Of a stretch of 64,000 bases of DNA, positions 63,938 through 64,000 are shown piece after piece. Each line of letters begins with the position of its first letter. Within the stretch, counting starts at the first letter, position 1. The notes beneath the pieces are model-generated. The model saw only the letters and a list, made by a program, of their open reading frames with translations, searched no databases and was not told the origin of the DNA. This stretch comes from Torpedo marmorata (taxonomy: Eukaryota), in assembly GCA_977017645.1 (NCBI GenBank), contig OZ360243.1:18042001-18106000 (forward strand), given 5' to 3'. Position numbers and translations under genes: made by a program.

Positions 63938-64000
63938 TGTATATATAACTGGCCAGATTAATAAGAAAATTGCAGAGCCTGCTTAAAACCAAACACCTAG

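Overview
Eukaryotic genomic DNA, very probably from a cartilaginous fish (inferred from the V-SINE, CR1, Rex1/Babar and hammerhead-bearing Penelope repeat mix). The window lies inside the + strand gene AEBP2 (PRC2 accessory zinc-finger protein). Six internal coding exons (equivalent to human exons 2-7) splice in frame at GT-AG boundaries, and a candidate terminal exon (R-M-F-F-L-F-stop) lies near 60.1 kb. Exon 1 is upstream of the window. The introns are dense with TEs: Penelope-like fragments, Rex1/Babar, CR1, L1, two solo LTRs of one family, Harbinger-like TIR elements, V-SINEs and four copies of a TA-flanked Tc2/pogo-like MITE. There is one 633-nt N gap. Two observations stand out. (1) One MITE copy carries what looks like a captured 5' fragment of DMRT1 (MPN...KKLPR-LPKCAxCRNHGY), and the other copies keep the apparent DMRT1 leader/ATG while expanding a 27-nt minisatellite at that junction. 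(2) Several small Penelope-derived units carry minimal hammerhead-ribozyme motifs, inserted singly or as fold-backs with TSDs. All family assignments come from motif recognition by eye, not from database searches.
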